From positions 38,727-102,726 of the IMG/VR virus record IMGVR_UViG_3300033233_000017: DNA of 64,000 nucleotides; one strand, given 5' to 3'. The stretch is from a virus. The notes below the pieces were generated by a model. The model did not search any database and was not told the DNA's origin. It worked only from the letters and a program-made list of their open reading frames with translations. Below are positions 7,801 to 16,374 of the stretch, piece by piece; the first letter of the stretch is position 1, and each line of letters starts with the position of its first letter. Both the position numbers and the translations under genes were made by a program.

Positions 7801-10800
7801 GGTATGGATCGGCACCCCGGTGATCTCCGCCACTTTTTCAGCGTCGTTCCCGAAGAACTCGATGTAGTCTCCGTAGATGGAGCCGGTCAACGTCTGCTGC
7901 TTACGCCCGGTCGATTCGAACTTTCCGCCGCTCGCCTCCGATGCCAGATACTCCCTCAATGCGTCCTGCTCGTCCACGCCGTAATACGCGCCGACGTCCA
8001 TCTTTTTCGACTCGCCCTGTACGATGCTGGACAGGGTTTTCATCTTCTCGGAGAAGACTTTGGCATTCCATCGGTCGATGGGGGTGTCTGCAAACAGGTA
8101 AAAGACGCGGCCCTTGGACTCGGTAGTCATGCGCCAGATGCGGCCCAGTAATTGCACATTGGACATCGCATCGAACTCAGGCGTCATCACGACCACCGTG
8201 CGCGGGTGTTTCCCGGTAGTGTCGTCCAGATTGATACCGGTGCCACCCGATTTCGCGGTAGCGATCACGATGTCGGCTTCGTTGTCCTGGAAACGGCGCA
8301 TAGCCTCTGCGCCCTTCTCTTCCGCGCCTCCGTGGAGTTCCGCGATCCGGCTCGGGTCGATCCCGGCCTTGATGAGTTCCGCCTTGAGCGTCTTCGCGGT
8401 GCCTTCGGAGGAGTAGATCACTTCTTCCCACTCGTCCACGACCTCGCCATACTGGTTGCGGAGCTTGTGCTTGTTCTTAACGTCAGAGCGATTCACCCGG
8501 CTCGTGAAGATGATGACCTTGCGACCTTCGGCTAGTTCCTTCTGCGCCAGTTTGATGGTGCTCGCCACTTTGAACGGTTCCTGCTGGCGGCGCAGGTGCA
8601 TCAGGCGCACAGCCGGATTTGGCGTCATCATCGCTTTGTCGATGAAGTCCAGGTCCGCCTTGCCCTCTGCGGGGAGTACCATGTTCAGAGCGTGGATGTC
8701 GAGACCGTCAAGGGAAATCTCCTCTTTGCGCATCTTGCCCTGCTCGATCATGCGACCGAACAGCGCGGTGAAGTTCTTGCGGACTTGCGCCGGGGTGAAC
8801 CCTTTTCGAATCTCCCAACGGGTAAATGTCTGTCCCTTGGAGTTCTCGTGTTCCACCAACTCCATGCCCAGTTTGGCGATGGCGGCAGCTTCCGACTGGC
8901 CTTCCAGGATGCCGATGCGCTTCAGATAACCGATGTGATAGGGTTTGTCGGCAGGCGTGGCGGTGAGGAATAGGACGCCGTGGGCATCGTCGGCCAACCG
9001 GGTGATGATCCCAGAGCGGGCAGACGATCCGATGTTCTTGGCCGCGTGTGACTCTTCGCTAATAAACACCGTGTTCTTGTCCACGGGAGCGGTGCCGCAC
9101 TTCTCGTACGTGGAGATGTAGAACTTTCCCGGCTCAAACTTAGTGATGCCCTCGTGGTAGCGGATCGGGGCGATGCCGTACTCTTTGAGCCAGAATTCGT
9201 AGGAGCCCGTGGGCCAATCCGAGTTCGGTTTGGGGAACTTGAATACCTCTGCCGGACCGGCCAGAAAGACGGCTTTTCCTTGATCGAGGAAATACTTGGC
9301 GACGGCGGCGGAGGCCGGCGTCTTGCCGGAACCCGTGCCGCCCGCGTTCAACATCCCTCCGCCAGTCTCGATCTCCTTGGCGGCGGCGGCGGCGGCTTGT
9401 TCTTGATGCGGAGCCAGCGTTGCGGTCTTTGGCTTCGGAACGCTGGAAGCGCCCAGAGTCGGAGGGTTCCCGACCGTGATTATTTGCTTGGATATTTTTC
9501 CAGTTGGAAGTTCTTGTGAGCGTCCGGATGCTGCTTCATTATTTGCAGCATGTCCATCAGCGCCAGATCCTCCATGGAGGGGCCTTCCGAGTCCCAGATC
9601 TGCTCCGGCGTTGGGTTGCGGATGACCCGGACCTGCTCCTGTGGCTGGCTTGGCGGTTCCGAGCGTGGGCGGTGCGACCGGGGCGGATTGGGCATTTTCA
9701 GCATATTTGGCCTTCAGGTCTGGAAACGCTGCGAGGTGGCGCTGGAGGCGCTCATCCCCGAGCGAAACCTGCTTACTTTCGATGATACTCTCGATCTGTT
9801 GCTTGTACCATCCCTTAAAGAAGTCCTGAAACTCCTCGATGTCGGACTTCGACATCGAGGCAGGGAATTCAAACGGAGGCGGTTCACCCCCCCCGTTCTG
9901 CTGGAAGTTGCCTACTTTTTTTTTAGCCTTCGCCGCTTGGAACTGTTCCAGCGCCTTCGCCATGACTTCATCCGGGGTCATGTCGAGGATGGTCTTGGGG
10001 GCATCGTTGCCCGAGCGGGGAGCCTCTTTCTTAGGCGGTTCTGCGGGTTGGATCACCTCCTTCGAGGCTGGCCCGCTCGGGACTTTCTGGGACGCCTTCG
10101 GCGGCGCTGCTACCGCAGGCGCAAGGGCTTTGAGAATAGCTGAGACGTGGGCATCAGCGATGCGTTCCGCATTTTTCGCACCTTCTTCGGTGAATGACGC
10201 TACTCCCGCACGCTCCATCTCCGCTCGGACCAACTGGCGCTGGTCATAGCGCGGGTTGCCAAAATGCTTCGCGGTCTTCTCCGTGGGCCACTTATCTACG
10301 GGGATGGTGATAGTCGGATAGGTCTTTCCCGCTAACCTAAGACTTCCCGTGATGACACCATTCGCAACCTTGATTGTGACTGGGAAATCGCGAACAGACT
10401 TGTCTGTGACCTTAACTGGTACTGCCTTCGCAGGCTTGGGTGGTCCCGCTACCGATGGCTTGGCATTCTCAGGCGCGGGTGGCTCTTTCGAGTAGATCGG
10501 CTTTACCACCAACTCCCCGCTCAGTTCGGGACTCTTCGCCTCAATCGGATTGTCGATGGCGAATGCGGACGCTTCTGTTCTCGCTCGGAGAACCTCCGTT
10601 CCGCTCTGTTGGTTGCTCGCTTCAAACCGCACAACCCGGTCCATAGATGGGTGAATCAGTACCGCGCCGTTCTCCGTTTCGGCACGCAGCCATCCGGTTG
10701 GTTTGCCGTGAATATCCAGAGATGAGGTCGCGCGATCCCGAAGAATCTCGATGGGGTCAACATATCGACCCAGAACTTCCTTGGCAGTCCCGTCCTTCCG

Positions 10801-13800
10801 CCCTGATTTGACGCTGGGAGGCTCGATTGATTTCGGGGATGGATTCGGCGTCTCGGTTGGTGAGAGATCCAGCGCTTGCTGCGGTTGTTCGTCGATGGGC
10901 TTACCGGAGAAGAGGGCGCTGCCCTCCATGTCCGGAGCGGCCACTCCCTGCTTGGCGTTTAACTCTGCTTCGAGTTGGGCTTTTTGGATGGAGGCTGATC
11001 GGGACTCATTGGCGCGTGCGTTTTCTGTGGCGACAGCTTCGGGGTTCCTTCCGAAGAGATCTCCCACCCCGGAGCCAGTCCCAGTTTCACTGCTCGGACT
11101 ATCGACGCCAGCACTTGTTCCTTTTCCTCCGCTGAGAGTTTCTTGTAGGGCCTCTCGGACGCGCTCATAAGTCCGGGCGCGGACTTCGGCTGGTTTTCCG
11201 CCTTCGGCAAGTTCACGTGCTCCCTCCTGCAATGCTTCGTTGATGGGGCCGGCGCTGTAGGCTAGTCTACCGTATAGCTCCTGCGCTTGCCGCGCCGATT
11301 GCGCGACTTCGGCGTTCTTGTCGGTTTGGATGACGTTACCGGATTCGCTCAACCGCTTCGCAGACGCTTCCGAGGAGACCGCGCCGAACAGTTTCTTCTC
11401 CTGCAAGATGCGCTGCTTGACGTAATCTGATAATCCAGCCATCTCGGGAAGGAGATTCACCGTGGCCTCTTCCGTCCCGAACAAGGTCTCTTCCGACTTC
11501 GTTTTCTTGGGCGCACCTTTGGCGAGTTTGATCAGCTCGACCAATCCCCGATTGGTGACGTCGGGACGCTCGGACAGTAGCTTTACCAACGCTTCCTGCG
11601 CCGGATGGTTGTCTCCCAACATGTTCCCGATGATGACGCCGCGCGCCACTGTGATCTCTTCGTCCACGATCTGACGGAATATGGGGTCGGTCAACTTCGA
11701 GAGCGCCATGCCCTCGCCTGCTTTGGACTCGCGCAGGGTTAGACCGCGCTGCGCTAGGTCCGCTGGCGTCAGGTTCGAGTCGCGGAACAGTTTCGCGGCG
11801 TCTATGGCGCTTCCGCGCCCTTCTCCGATATTCATGAGCGCCCCGGCGACACGCGCCGCTTGCGGCGTCTTCGCGTCGTCGAGGTACTGCGCCCGCATGT
11901 TCTCTACTCCGAGGCGCTTGGCAAGTTGCAACCGATGATGCCCGTTTACCACGAAGGTCTTCTTCGCTACCGGGTCCCACCATAGCCAGATTGTGCCAGC
12001 TTGCTTGGGGTCCCAGACCGAGACGTCCCGCAGTAGGTCCGTGGTGCCGCCTTGCCCGATGGCGTCCATCTTGTACTGAAAGCGATTCGGATCGGCTTCG
12101 ATGTCCGCCGTGGGCACGATCACCGAGTCCTGATCGGATGGATATGCCGGACGTCCGTTCGGAAGCTTGGAAGTAGGCGTTGCGGTAGGCGCTACAACCG
12201 GCGCTACAACCGGCGCTACAACCGGGGCTACAACCGGGGCCGCTGGAGCGGGAGGAATAGTTTGGGCAACAGGAGCGGCGGCGGGGGGAACGCCGATGCC
12301 GCTGGAGGCGGGAGCGGCGATGCTAGTGCTGCCCAAGGCCGGGGGTTCGGAGGCTGCGCGGATCTGGAGTTCCCGTTGAGGTGGCTCGGCCCCCTGCGGG
12401 GACATCACCACGCGACGTTGATCTTGCCGCAGTTGTTCGAGTTGCAGATTAAGAGTATCCGGAGTCTCCGGAGTGGTGGAAAGCGCGGCGCTCTTGGGAG
12501 CAGCAGCGGGCGGTTCCGCAACCGGAATTCCCATGTCCGTCAGGACCGCCTTGTAAGCGCTCTGCGCTCCCAAGCTTTCCGCGCCGTGCAGGGCGACTTC
12601 GTAGCGATAGCGCAGGCCCAACGGTAGACCGTCGATAGTGGCCTGAATCTGCTGCTGGATCGCGTCGTGCTGTTGCCGCAGTTCTGGCAGGTTGGTCACG
12701 GCACCACGCCGCAATGTTCCTTCGCGGATCTGCTCAGACAGCGGTTGCGCCTGGGCTTCCAGCGCCGCGATCTTCGCCTGGACTTCCTGTACCTGCGGAT
12801 CAGCCTTGGCGTTTGGCGTAGCCTGCGGTTCCGGTTGCTTGCTCACCACCTCAAACGATTTCACTTCCGGCGCTCGTGGCGTGGAGATCGGCGGCATCGG
12901 GATCGCCGGTCGCGCTGCTTCCGCAGTGGCGGGAGCGGCAGGCGGCGGAGATACCACCTCGAATGGCTTTACCACGGGACGGTGAGCTACCAGGAGCGGA
13001 GTTCCTGCCGCTCCTGGTAGAAGCGGTGTCCCTGCGGGCGCGGACGGCATGGCGGGCTCCGGAGTCGCCGTCTGCGGCTCTCCTGCCGGTGGGAGCATGT
13101 TGAGGTTTTCCGGACGCCGCGCGGTGGGCCTTCCTATTCCCCGCGTGGGCACCCCTTCCATCACCACGCCAGCGGCAATCGAGGCTGGCAGTAGCAGGTT
13201 CAGCGCCGTCTCGATGTCTTTCTGGTACGACTCCAGTTCCTTTCCTTGGCCCTTCAGCGCCTTGGACTGCCGGCGCGCTTCGATCCCGCCTTCGAGTCCC
13301 ATGGCGGTGAAAGCCACCTGGGGACCGCGCCTCAGAGCTTCGTAGATGGCGTCCCGCACAATGGGGACACGGTTCAGGGTTGCAGCAACACGTGGAGCTT
13401 GTACCAGTTTCCCCAGTGCGCCAACTACGCCGGTCGCGGCAAGCATGGAGGCAAGGCCGTCCGCTGATACGAACCCGAGCGCCGTGCCGAGGAACGCGTT
13501 GCGCCACGCTTCCGGCTTCGTCTTGGGCGCGGGAAGGTATCCACCATAGCCACTCCACGCGCCTTCCATGACTTTCTGCGCTTCGGGAGATCCGAGGTCA
13601 GCCTTTCCCCACTCCGCGCCGGAGAGCGCCACACCTTTCTCGCGGGCGGGCATTTGCGCGAAACCTTCGACCGACTGCTGGATACGCTGCTGTACGCCAG
13701 GGTCGAGCATGGCGTCCTGCGGCGGCGCGGGCACCTTGGGCGGGTTCGCCGCGATCTGACGCGCGCCTTCCGAAATCTGCGTGTCCGCGTTGGCGTATGC

Positions 13801-14181
13801 CTGCGCCAAGGGGATCGGAGGTTGCGCGCCGGGAACTCCAGGAGCCTTCGGAACACCGAAACTACCGGAAGTGAGACGCCCGATCTCGTCGCTGGCCTGC
13901 TTCTTCGAGAGCTTCGGCGGCGCGGGTGGCGCGGGTGGCTCCATGCTCACCGCGACCGGAGCAGTTGGCGCGGGAGTATGCGCGCGTACGTTGAGTTCCT
14001 GCTGTGCTTCGGGAAACTTACTGAACCAGAGTTGCCGTTTGGCCTCTTGGGGAAGATCAATGGCGTCGAACGAGTCGATGAATTGTCGGCGGTCCTGCGC
14101 TCCGTAGAACGCTTTCCAGGCTTGGTCCTTGACCTCCATCGGAACCGCTGTACTGTCCAGGATCGACTTGATATCGGGCAT
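4834..14181 (-). CDS. 3115-aa large polyvalent (DarB/strawberry-notch-like) virion-delivered protein
   Basis: ParB-like domain (VVNGHHRL, ~11150-12125); SF2 helicase (GGTGSGKT, SEESH, FLTATP, SGGTGINL, QLLGRIWR; ~8000-9425); MutS-I-like (GDYIEFFGNDAEKVA..AGFP, ~7720-7880); 2H phosphoesterase (two PHVT, ~7120-7600); ART-like (~6700-7030); LPD-type domain (~5790-6595); zincin HEIQH (~5320-5334). Last gene after the ejection proteins. Confidence 0.85.
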   Translation of the reverse strand: MPDIKSILDSTAVPMEVKDQAWKAFYGAQDRRQFIDSFDAIDLPQEAKRQLWFSKFPEAQQELNVRAHTPAPTAPVAVSMEPPAPPAPPKLSKKQASDEIGRLTSGSFGVPKAPGVPGAQPPIPLAQAYANADTQISEGARQIAANPPKVPAPPQDAMLDPGVQQRIQQSVEGFAQMPAREKGVALSGAEWGKADLGSPEAQKVMEGAWSGYGGYLPAPKTKPEAWRNAFLGTALGFVSADGLASMLAATGVVGALGKLVQAPRVAATLNRVPIVRDAIYEALRRGPQVAFTAMGLEGGIEARRQSKALKGQGKELESYQKDIETALNLLLPASIAAGVVMEGVPTRGIGRPTARRPENLNMLPPAGEPQTATPEPAMPSAPAGTPLLPGAAGTPLLVAHRPVVKPFEVVSPPPAAPATAEAARPAIPMPPISTPRAPEVKSFEVVSKQPEPQATPNAKADPQVQEVQAKIAALEAQAQPLSEQIREGTLRRGAVTNLPELRQQHDAIQQQIQATIDGLPLGLRYRYEVALHGAESLGAQSAYKAVLTDMGIPVAEPPAAAPKSAALSTTPETPDTLNLQLEQLRQDQRRVVMSPQGAEPPQRELQIRAASEPPALGSTSIAAPASSGIGVPPAAAPVAQTIPPAPAAPVVAPVVAPVVAPVVAPTATPTSKLPNGRPAYPSDQDSVIVPTADIEADPNRFQYKMDAIGQGGTTDLLRDVSVWDPKQAGTIWLWWDPVAKKTFVVNGHHRLQLAKRLGVENMRAQYLDDAKTPQAARVAGALMNIGEGRGSAIDAAKLFRDSNLTPADLAQRGLTLRESKAGEGMALSKLTDPIFRQIVDEEITVARGVIIGNMLGDNHPAQEALVKLLSERPDVTNRGLVELIKLAKGAPKKTKSEETLFGTEEATVNLLPEMAGLSDYVKQRILQEKKLFGAVSSEASAKRLSESGNVIQTDKNAEVAQSARQAQELYGRLAYSAGPINEALQEGARELAEGGKPAEVRARTYERVREALQETLSGGKGTSAGVDSPSSETGTGSGVGDLFGRNPEAVATENARANESRSASIQKAQLEAELNAKQGVAAPDMEGSALFSGKPIDEQPQQALDLSPTETPNPSPKSIEPPSVKSGRKDGTAKEVLGRYVDPIEILRDRATSSLDIHGKPTGWLRAETENGAVLIHPSMDRVVRFEASNQQSGTEVLRARTEASAFAIDNPIEAKSPELSGELVVKPIYSKEPPAPENAKPSVAGPPKPAKAVPVKVTDKSVRDFPVTIKVANGVITGSLRLAGKTYPTITIPVDKWPTEKTAKHFGNPRYDQRQLVRAEMERAGVASFTEEGAKNAERIADAHVSAILKALAPAVAAPPKASQKVPSGPASKEVIQPAEPPKKEAPRSGNDAPKTILDMTPDEVMAKALEQFQAAKAKKKVGNFQQNGGGEPPPFEFPASMSKSDIEEFQDFFKGWYKQQIESIIESKQVSLGDERLQRHLAAFPDLKAKYAENAQSAPVAPPTLGTAKPATGAGPGHPQPNAGADLGLGRPLHGGSGADGHAANNEAASGRSQELPTGKISKQIITVGNPPTLGASSVPKPKTATLAPHQEQAAAAAAKEIETGGGMLNAGGTGSGKTPASAAVAKYFLDQGKAVFLAGPAEVFKFPKPNSDWPTGSYEFWLKEYGIAPIRYHEGITKFEPGKFYISTYEKCGTAPVDKNTVFISEESHAAKNIGSSARSGIITRLADDAHGVLFLTATPADKPYHIGYLKRIGILEGQSEAAAIAKLGMELVEHENSKGQTFTRWEIRKGFTPAQVRKNFTALFGRMIEQGKMRKEEISLDGLDIHALNMVLPAEGKADLDFIDKAMMTPNPAVRLMHLRRQQEPFKVASTIKLAQKELAEGRKVIIFTSRVNRSDVKNKHKLRNQYGEVVDEWEEVIYSSEGTAKTLKAELIKAGIDPSRIAELHGGAEEKGAEAMRRFQDNEADIVIATAKSGGTGINLDDTTGKHPRTVVVMTPEFDAMSNVQLLGRIWRMTTESKGRVFYLFADTPIDRWNAKVFSEKMKTLSSIVQGESKKMDVGAYYGVDEQDALREYLASEASGGKFESTGRKQQTLTGSIYGDYIEFFGNDAEKVAEITGVPIHTAKNGKVIAGFPQSEQQKYGDMLSDAGIKLGTKFRDSQSMWHRRTRTPPRFQRTGEPPSKEMESEPWRHEFSSTQVNLPASLASKVKAEAAKIPGRDLAANGRETEPHVTVKYGLHTSDPAKVRALLANEPPVTVKLGKTSLSQNDDADVVKIDVDSPDLRRLNKKISGALEVTDTHPTYKPHVTVAYVKPGRGEQYAGSAALDGKNVTIDRVKFSGKDGNKVEIPLGGKAYARPSAKEPDTNTAEIAFYGHSRLQDGYVYRGSEGEAELQKILSSGKIESSGETAARLKKTQHAGLTFFSDRPSIATSYIAKPGYLLEVKKTASLVHEGAGEFSSKTPIPASNIARVLRIEHDAEGPYAVDVTNEVMKSPTSARIQETPKPPVRGPSFQKTTEAVEEPPQLAPMWFSPTAKALEAKMPAAASAEQVTNIVRQFGKADEAKWTGLDDWLESKKGQKVSKAEVLDYLKQNAVEVKEITHSPAGGKTGPEWAEEARRLEREAQWRQRNGAPAAEVQQIWDQHAEAVRHYEQAERYDLSKQIDSVLARKQSDGKFTLSYTPKGSGDYDIVPGTFEPKDLAEKIVTDAQTKPTGEALEYSGLDLKVGGSGMASFYDKILPAYANKYAKKWGAKVGTVRVPGEDVVGMKGVPARYHELHSLDITPEMRKSVLYEGQPQFQKAGNTAVAEPPKALRAPSGLNDNPVLPTDKPMDIFGKADFRYRDRAGAKPAHLFINDAAMRVLRAAFSHINETPVPSFGGVHITAEDATSLSGLLREDPYPNMTSESRSALIRLADAIDHAINTNDEHGFVMVTTEGQTLASVKGAFRHEIQHRHQAAIGKMFNYESMEIHPLYRRASQRLVERYEYEQDPDTLVREVMADGMSGGYARLGLTLEEDISLMSDMLQKVFEHHGERVYDFYRYASPRVRSGILARQHNVAEGGSEPSQGAGEGAVRKAGSGQPPSRSLSRERAKILRGGNAPDVRFKKVVEPPRK
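12191..12238. repeat. 4 x 12-bp tandem repeat (GCTACAACCGG[C/G]) encoding PVVA repeats
   Basis: Seen directly in the Pro/Ala-rich linker before the ParB-like domain. Confidence 0.9.
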
Positions 14182-14184
14182 GGC

Positions 14185-16365
14185 CTATTGCGCTCCAAAG
14201 GGATCAGGATTGGAATATCGGTCGGTCTGTACGGCTCCTCCGCGCGTCGGCGGCATAGAGACTCCGAAGGCAGGAGGACCGCCCTGCTCAGGCGGAAGTG
14301 CCGCGCCAGATTGGTCCTTCGCCTGAGAGTAACCCTGTTGCGCTTTCTTGTTCGCGTCAGCGGTGCGCAGAGCGGTGGCAATCATCGGTTGCGAGAGTAG
14401 CTTCTGCCCCCACTTGTTGATGAACTGTTTGGACTCCGCCATCCTGCCCTTCTCCGCCAACTGGAGGCCATTGAGAAGTAAGTCGTTTATGACTCTGTTC
14501 TTGGCGCTGTACGCGATGAGCCCAGGGATAAGACCGAACGCCAACCATGCTGGATTGTGGGTAGCGATGGAGGTTCCGGCCATCCCGCCTGAGAATAGGT
14601 TCCCCACGGAGGAGAGCATACTGTACATAGTCTGCGTGCGCGGAGATCCTCCAACTCCCACCCTGCTCAGTGCGTCGGCCAGATCCGAGAGACGCTGCAA
14701 CTCGTTCTGCCCTCCAGGACCGAAGAGGGCCTGGAGCGTGGGCATCCCGACGTCTTCCATGCGTTTCTTCATCCCGATCAGGTAATCCATGGACTGGTTC
14801 GGAGTAGCCTTTGGAACTGAAACTCCGCCTAGAATTTGATCGCGTACGTATTGGTCCTTGAAAATTCCCCACCGCCGTTGAGCCACGGCTTTTTCTGCCG
14901 TAGATCCGTAGCGCATTGGGTACTCGTACAGGGCTTCCCGGACCGCAAATGCTTGGCTCGGGTTGGAGCCCACCATCCCGAGGATGCTTTCGGGGATCTC
15001 CGCCGTCGCCATGCGACTGACGTTACTGCGGCCAAAGATGCCCATGCCCTCCTGGTAGAAGCGGTTGGCGTCCTGCCATTTCCTCAAGGCGTCTTGCGCC
15101 AGCGCGTTCCCGCGTCCGGCTTCCGCCTGAATCGCGTCCGTGATGGCCCCGGTGAATTTCTTCGCCAACCCTTCGGCTTGGTTGGCATCGACGGCGTTGA
15201 GTTCCGGGGTGTACTTCATCAGGCGCGACCGGATCTCTTTCAACTTGTCCAGTTTGACGAAGGGGAGTTGTTCGCCTTCCCCGAGATTCGCCATATCCTC
15301 CAAAAGCTGCTTTGTGTTTGGGCTCAGTGAGAACGACTTAGCGGACCCCTGCGTAGTTTCGGCCAGCCTTTCTTCTGCGGTCAGCATCGCTCTGGCGGTA
15401 TCTCGTAGGTCCCGAACCGGAATCGTCACGTTCGGCGCAATCTCGTCGAATGCCTGATATGCCCGGTCTGCCTGTTTCCGGAATACCTGTTCTCCGACCT
15501 TAATCCCGCGCTGTCCCTGCCGTGCAGCAAGAGCCACCTTCCCCGTAGACCAGGGAGTGATATTCTGCAACTCCTGTTGGACAGCGTTCTCCCCCGCTAC
15601 CATGGATTTAGAGCGGCGTAGATTCGCAATACTTCCTCCCACGAGAGATGTTTCTCCGATATATTGCATCGGTTGGCCGATCTCTCCCGCAATGCTGCCG
15701 GTCGCCAAGGCTGGAGCCGGAACGTTGAGGCTGTACTGATCGCTCATGGCCTTCGCCCCGACGTTCTCAGGACGTTCCGCGCCCGCCCTGAAGATCCCGG
15801 TCGCGCCTTTATGGAGCAACCCTGCCGCCGCGCCGAAACCTGCCTGTTTCGTGCCTTCCCAAGTCGCGGTCTTGATGGCGTCCCACCAACTCTGTGGAGC
15901 ACGCGGACCGCCTAGCGCATACTGCGCGACCTGGTCTATCGCGCTACCAACCGCGCCAAGCGCCACGTCCTTGGCAACTCCCAGTGGGGTGCCTTTGAGA
16001 ATACGTCCCGCGATGGGGATCTTGTTAATGCCAAAACTCCCGATAGTAGTCGCAATATCGGGAGCCGCCGATGCAAAGCCGAGTACTGCGCCGCGCACGT
16101 CAATGGGTTTAGCTTTTTGGTATCCCAGGGACTCGTTCCGCGCCTCCTGGTTCAAAGAAGGAGGTCCTCCGAAGCCACCTGGAGATCCGGGAGCTCCGAT
16201 CAATTGATAGCGGTCTGGGTGGTCCTGAACGAGACGGCCCACCAGTTGGTCATCGGGAAGTTGCGAGACGGGATCGGATTGTCCGGCGCGCTCGCGGTAA
16301 ATCCGCGCCGCGTCCTGGACCGTCCACTTGGTCCCATCCATCTTCTGGAGATAGGGCTCGGCCAT
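14185..16365 (-). CDS. putative internal virion / DNA ejection protein
   Basis: 726 aa, Ala/Gly/Gln-rich and helical with hydrophobic segments; lies between the pilot-like genes and the polyvalent protein. Confidence 0.6.
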   Translation of the reverse strand: MAEPYLQKMDGTKWTVQDAARIYRERAGQSDPVSQLPDDQLVGRLVQDHPDRYQLIGAPGSPGGFGGPPSLNQEARNESLGYQKAKPIDVRGAVLGFASAAPDIATTIGSFGINKIPIAGRILKGTPLGVAKDVALGAVGSAIDQVAQYALGGPRAPQSWWDAIKTATWEGTKQAGFGAAAGLLHKGATGIFRAGAERPENVGAKAMSDQYSLNVPAPALATGSIAGEIGQPMQYIGETSLVGGSIANLRRSKSMVAGENAVQQELQNITPWSTGKVALAARQGQRGIKVGEQVFRKQADRAYQAFDEIAPNVTIPVRDLRDTARAMLTAEERLAETTQGSAKSFSLSPNTKQLLEDMANLGEGEQLPFVKLDKLKEIRSRLMKYTPELNAVDANQAEGLAKKFTGAITDAIQAEAGRGNALAQDALRKWQDANRFYQEGMGIFGRSNVSRMATAEIPESILGMVGSNPSQAFAVREALYEYPMRYGSTAEKAVAQRRWGIFKDQYVRDQILGGVSVPKATPNQSMDYLIGMKKRMEDVGMPTLQALFGPGGQNELQRLSDLADALSRVGVGGSPRTQTMYSMLSSVGNLFSGGMAGTSIATHNPAWLAFGLIPGLIAYSAKNRVINDLLLNGLQLAEKGRMAESKQFINKWGQKLLSQPMIATALRTADANKKAQQGYSQAKDQSGAALPPEQGGPPAFGVSMPPTRGGAVQTDRYSNPDPFGAQ

Positions 16366-16374
16366 GGCTTCTCC

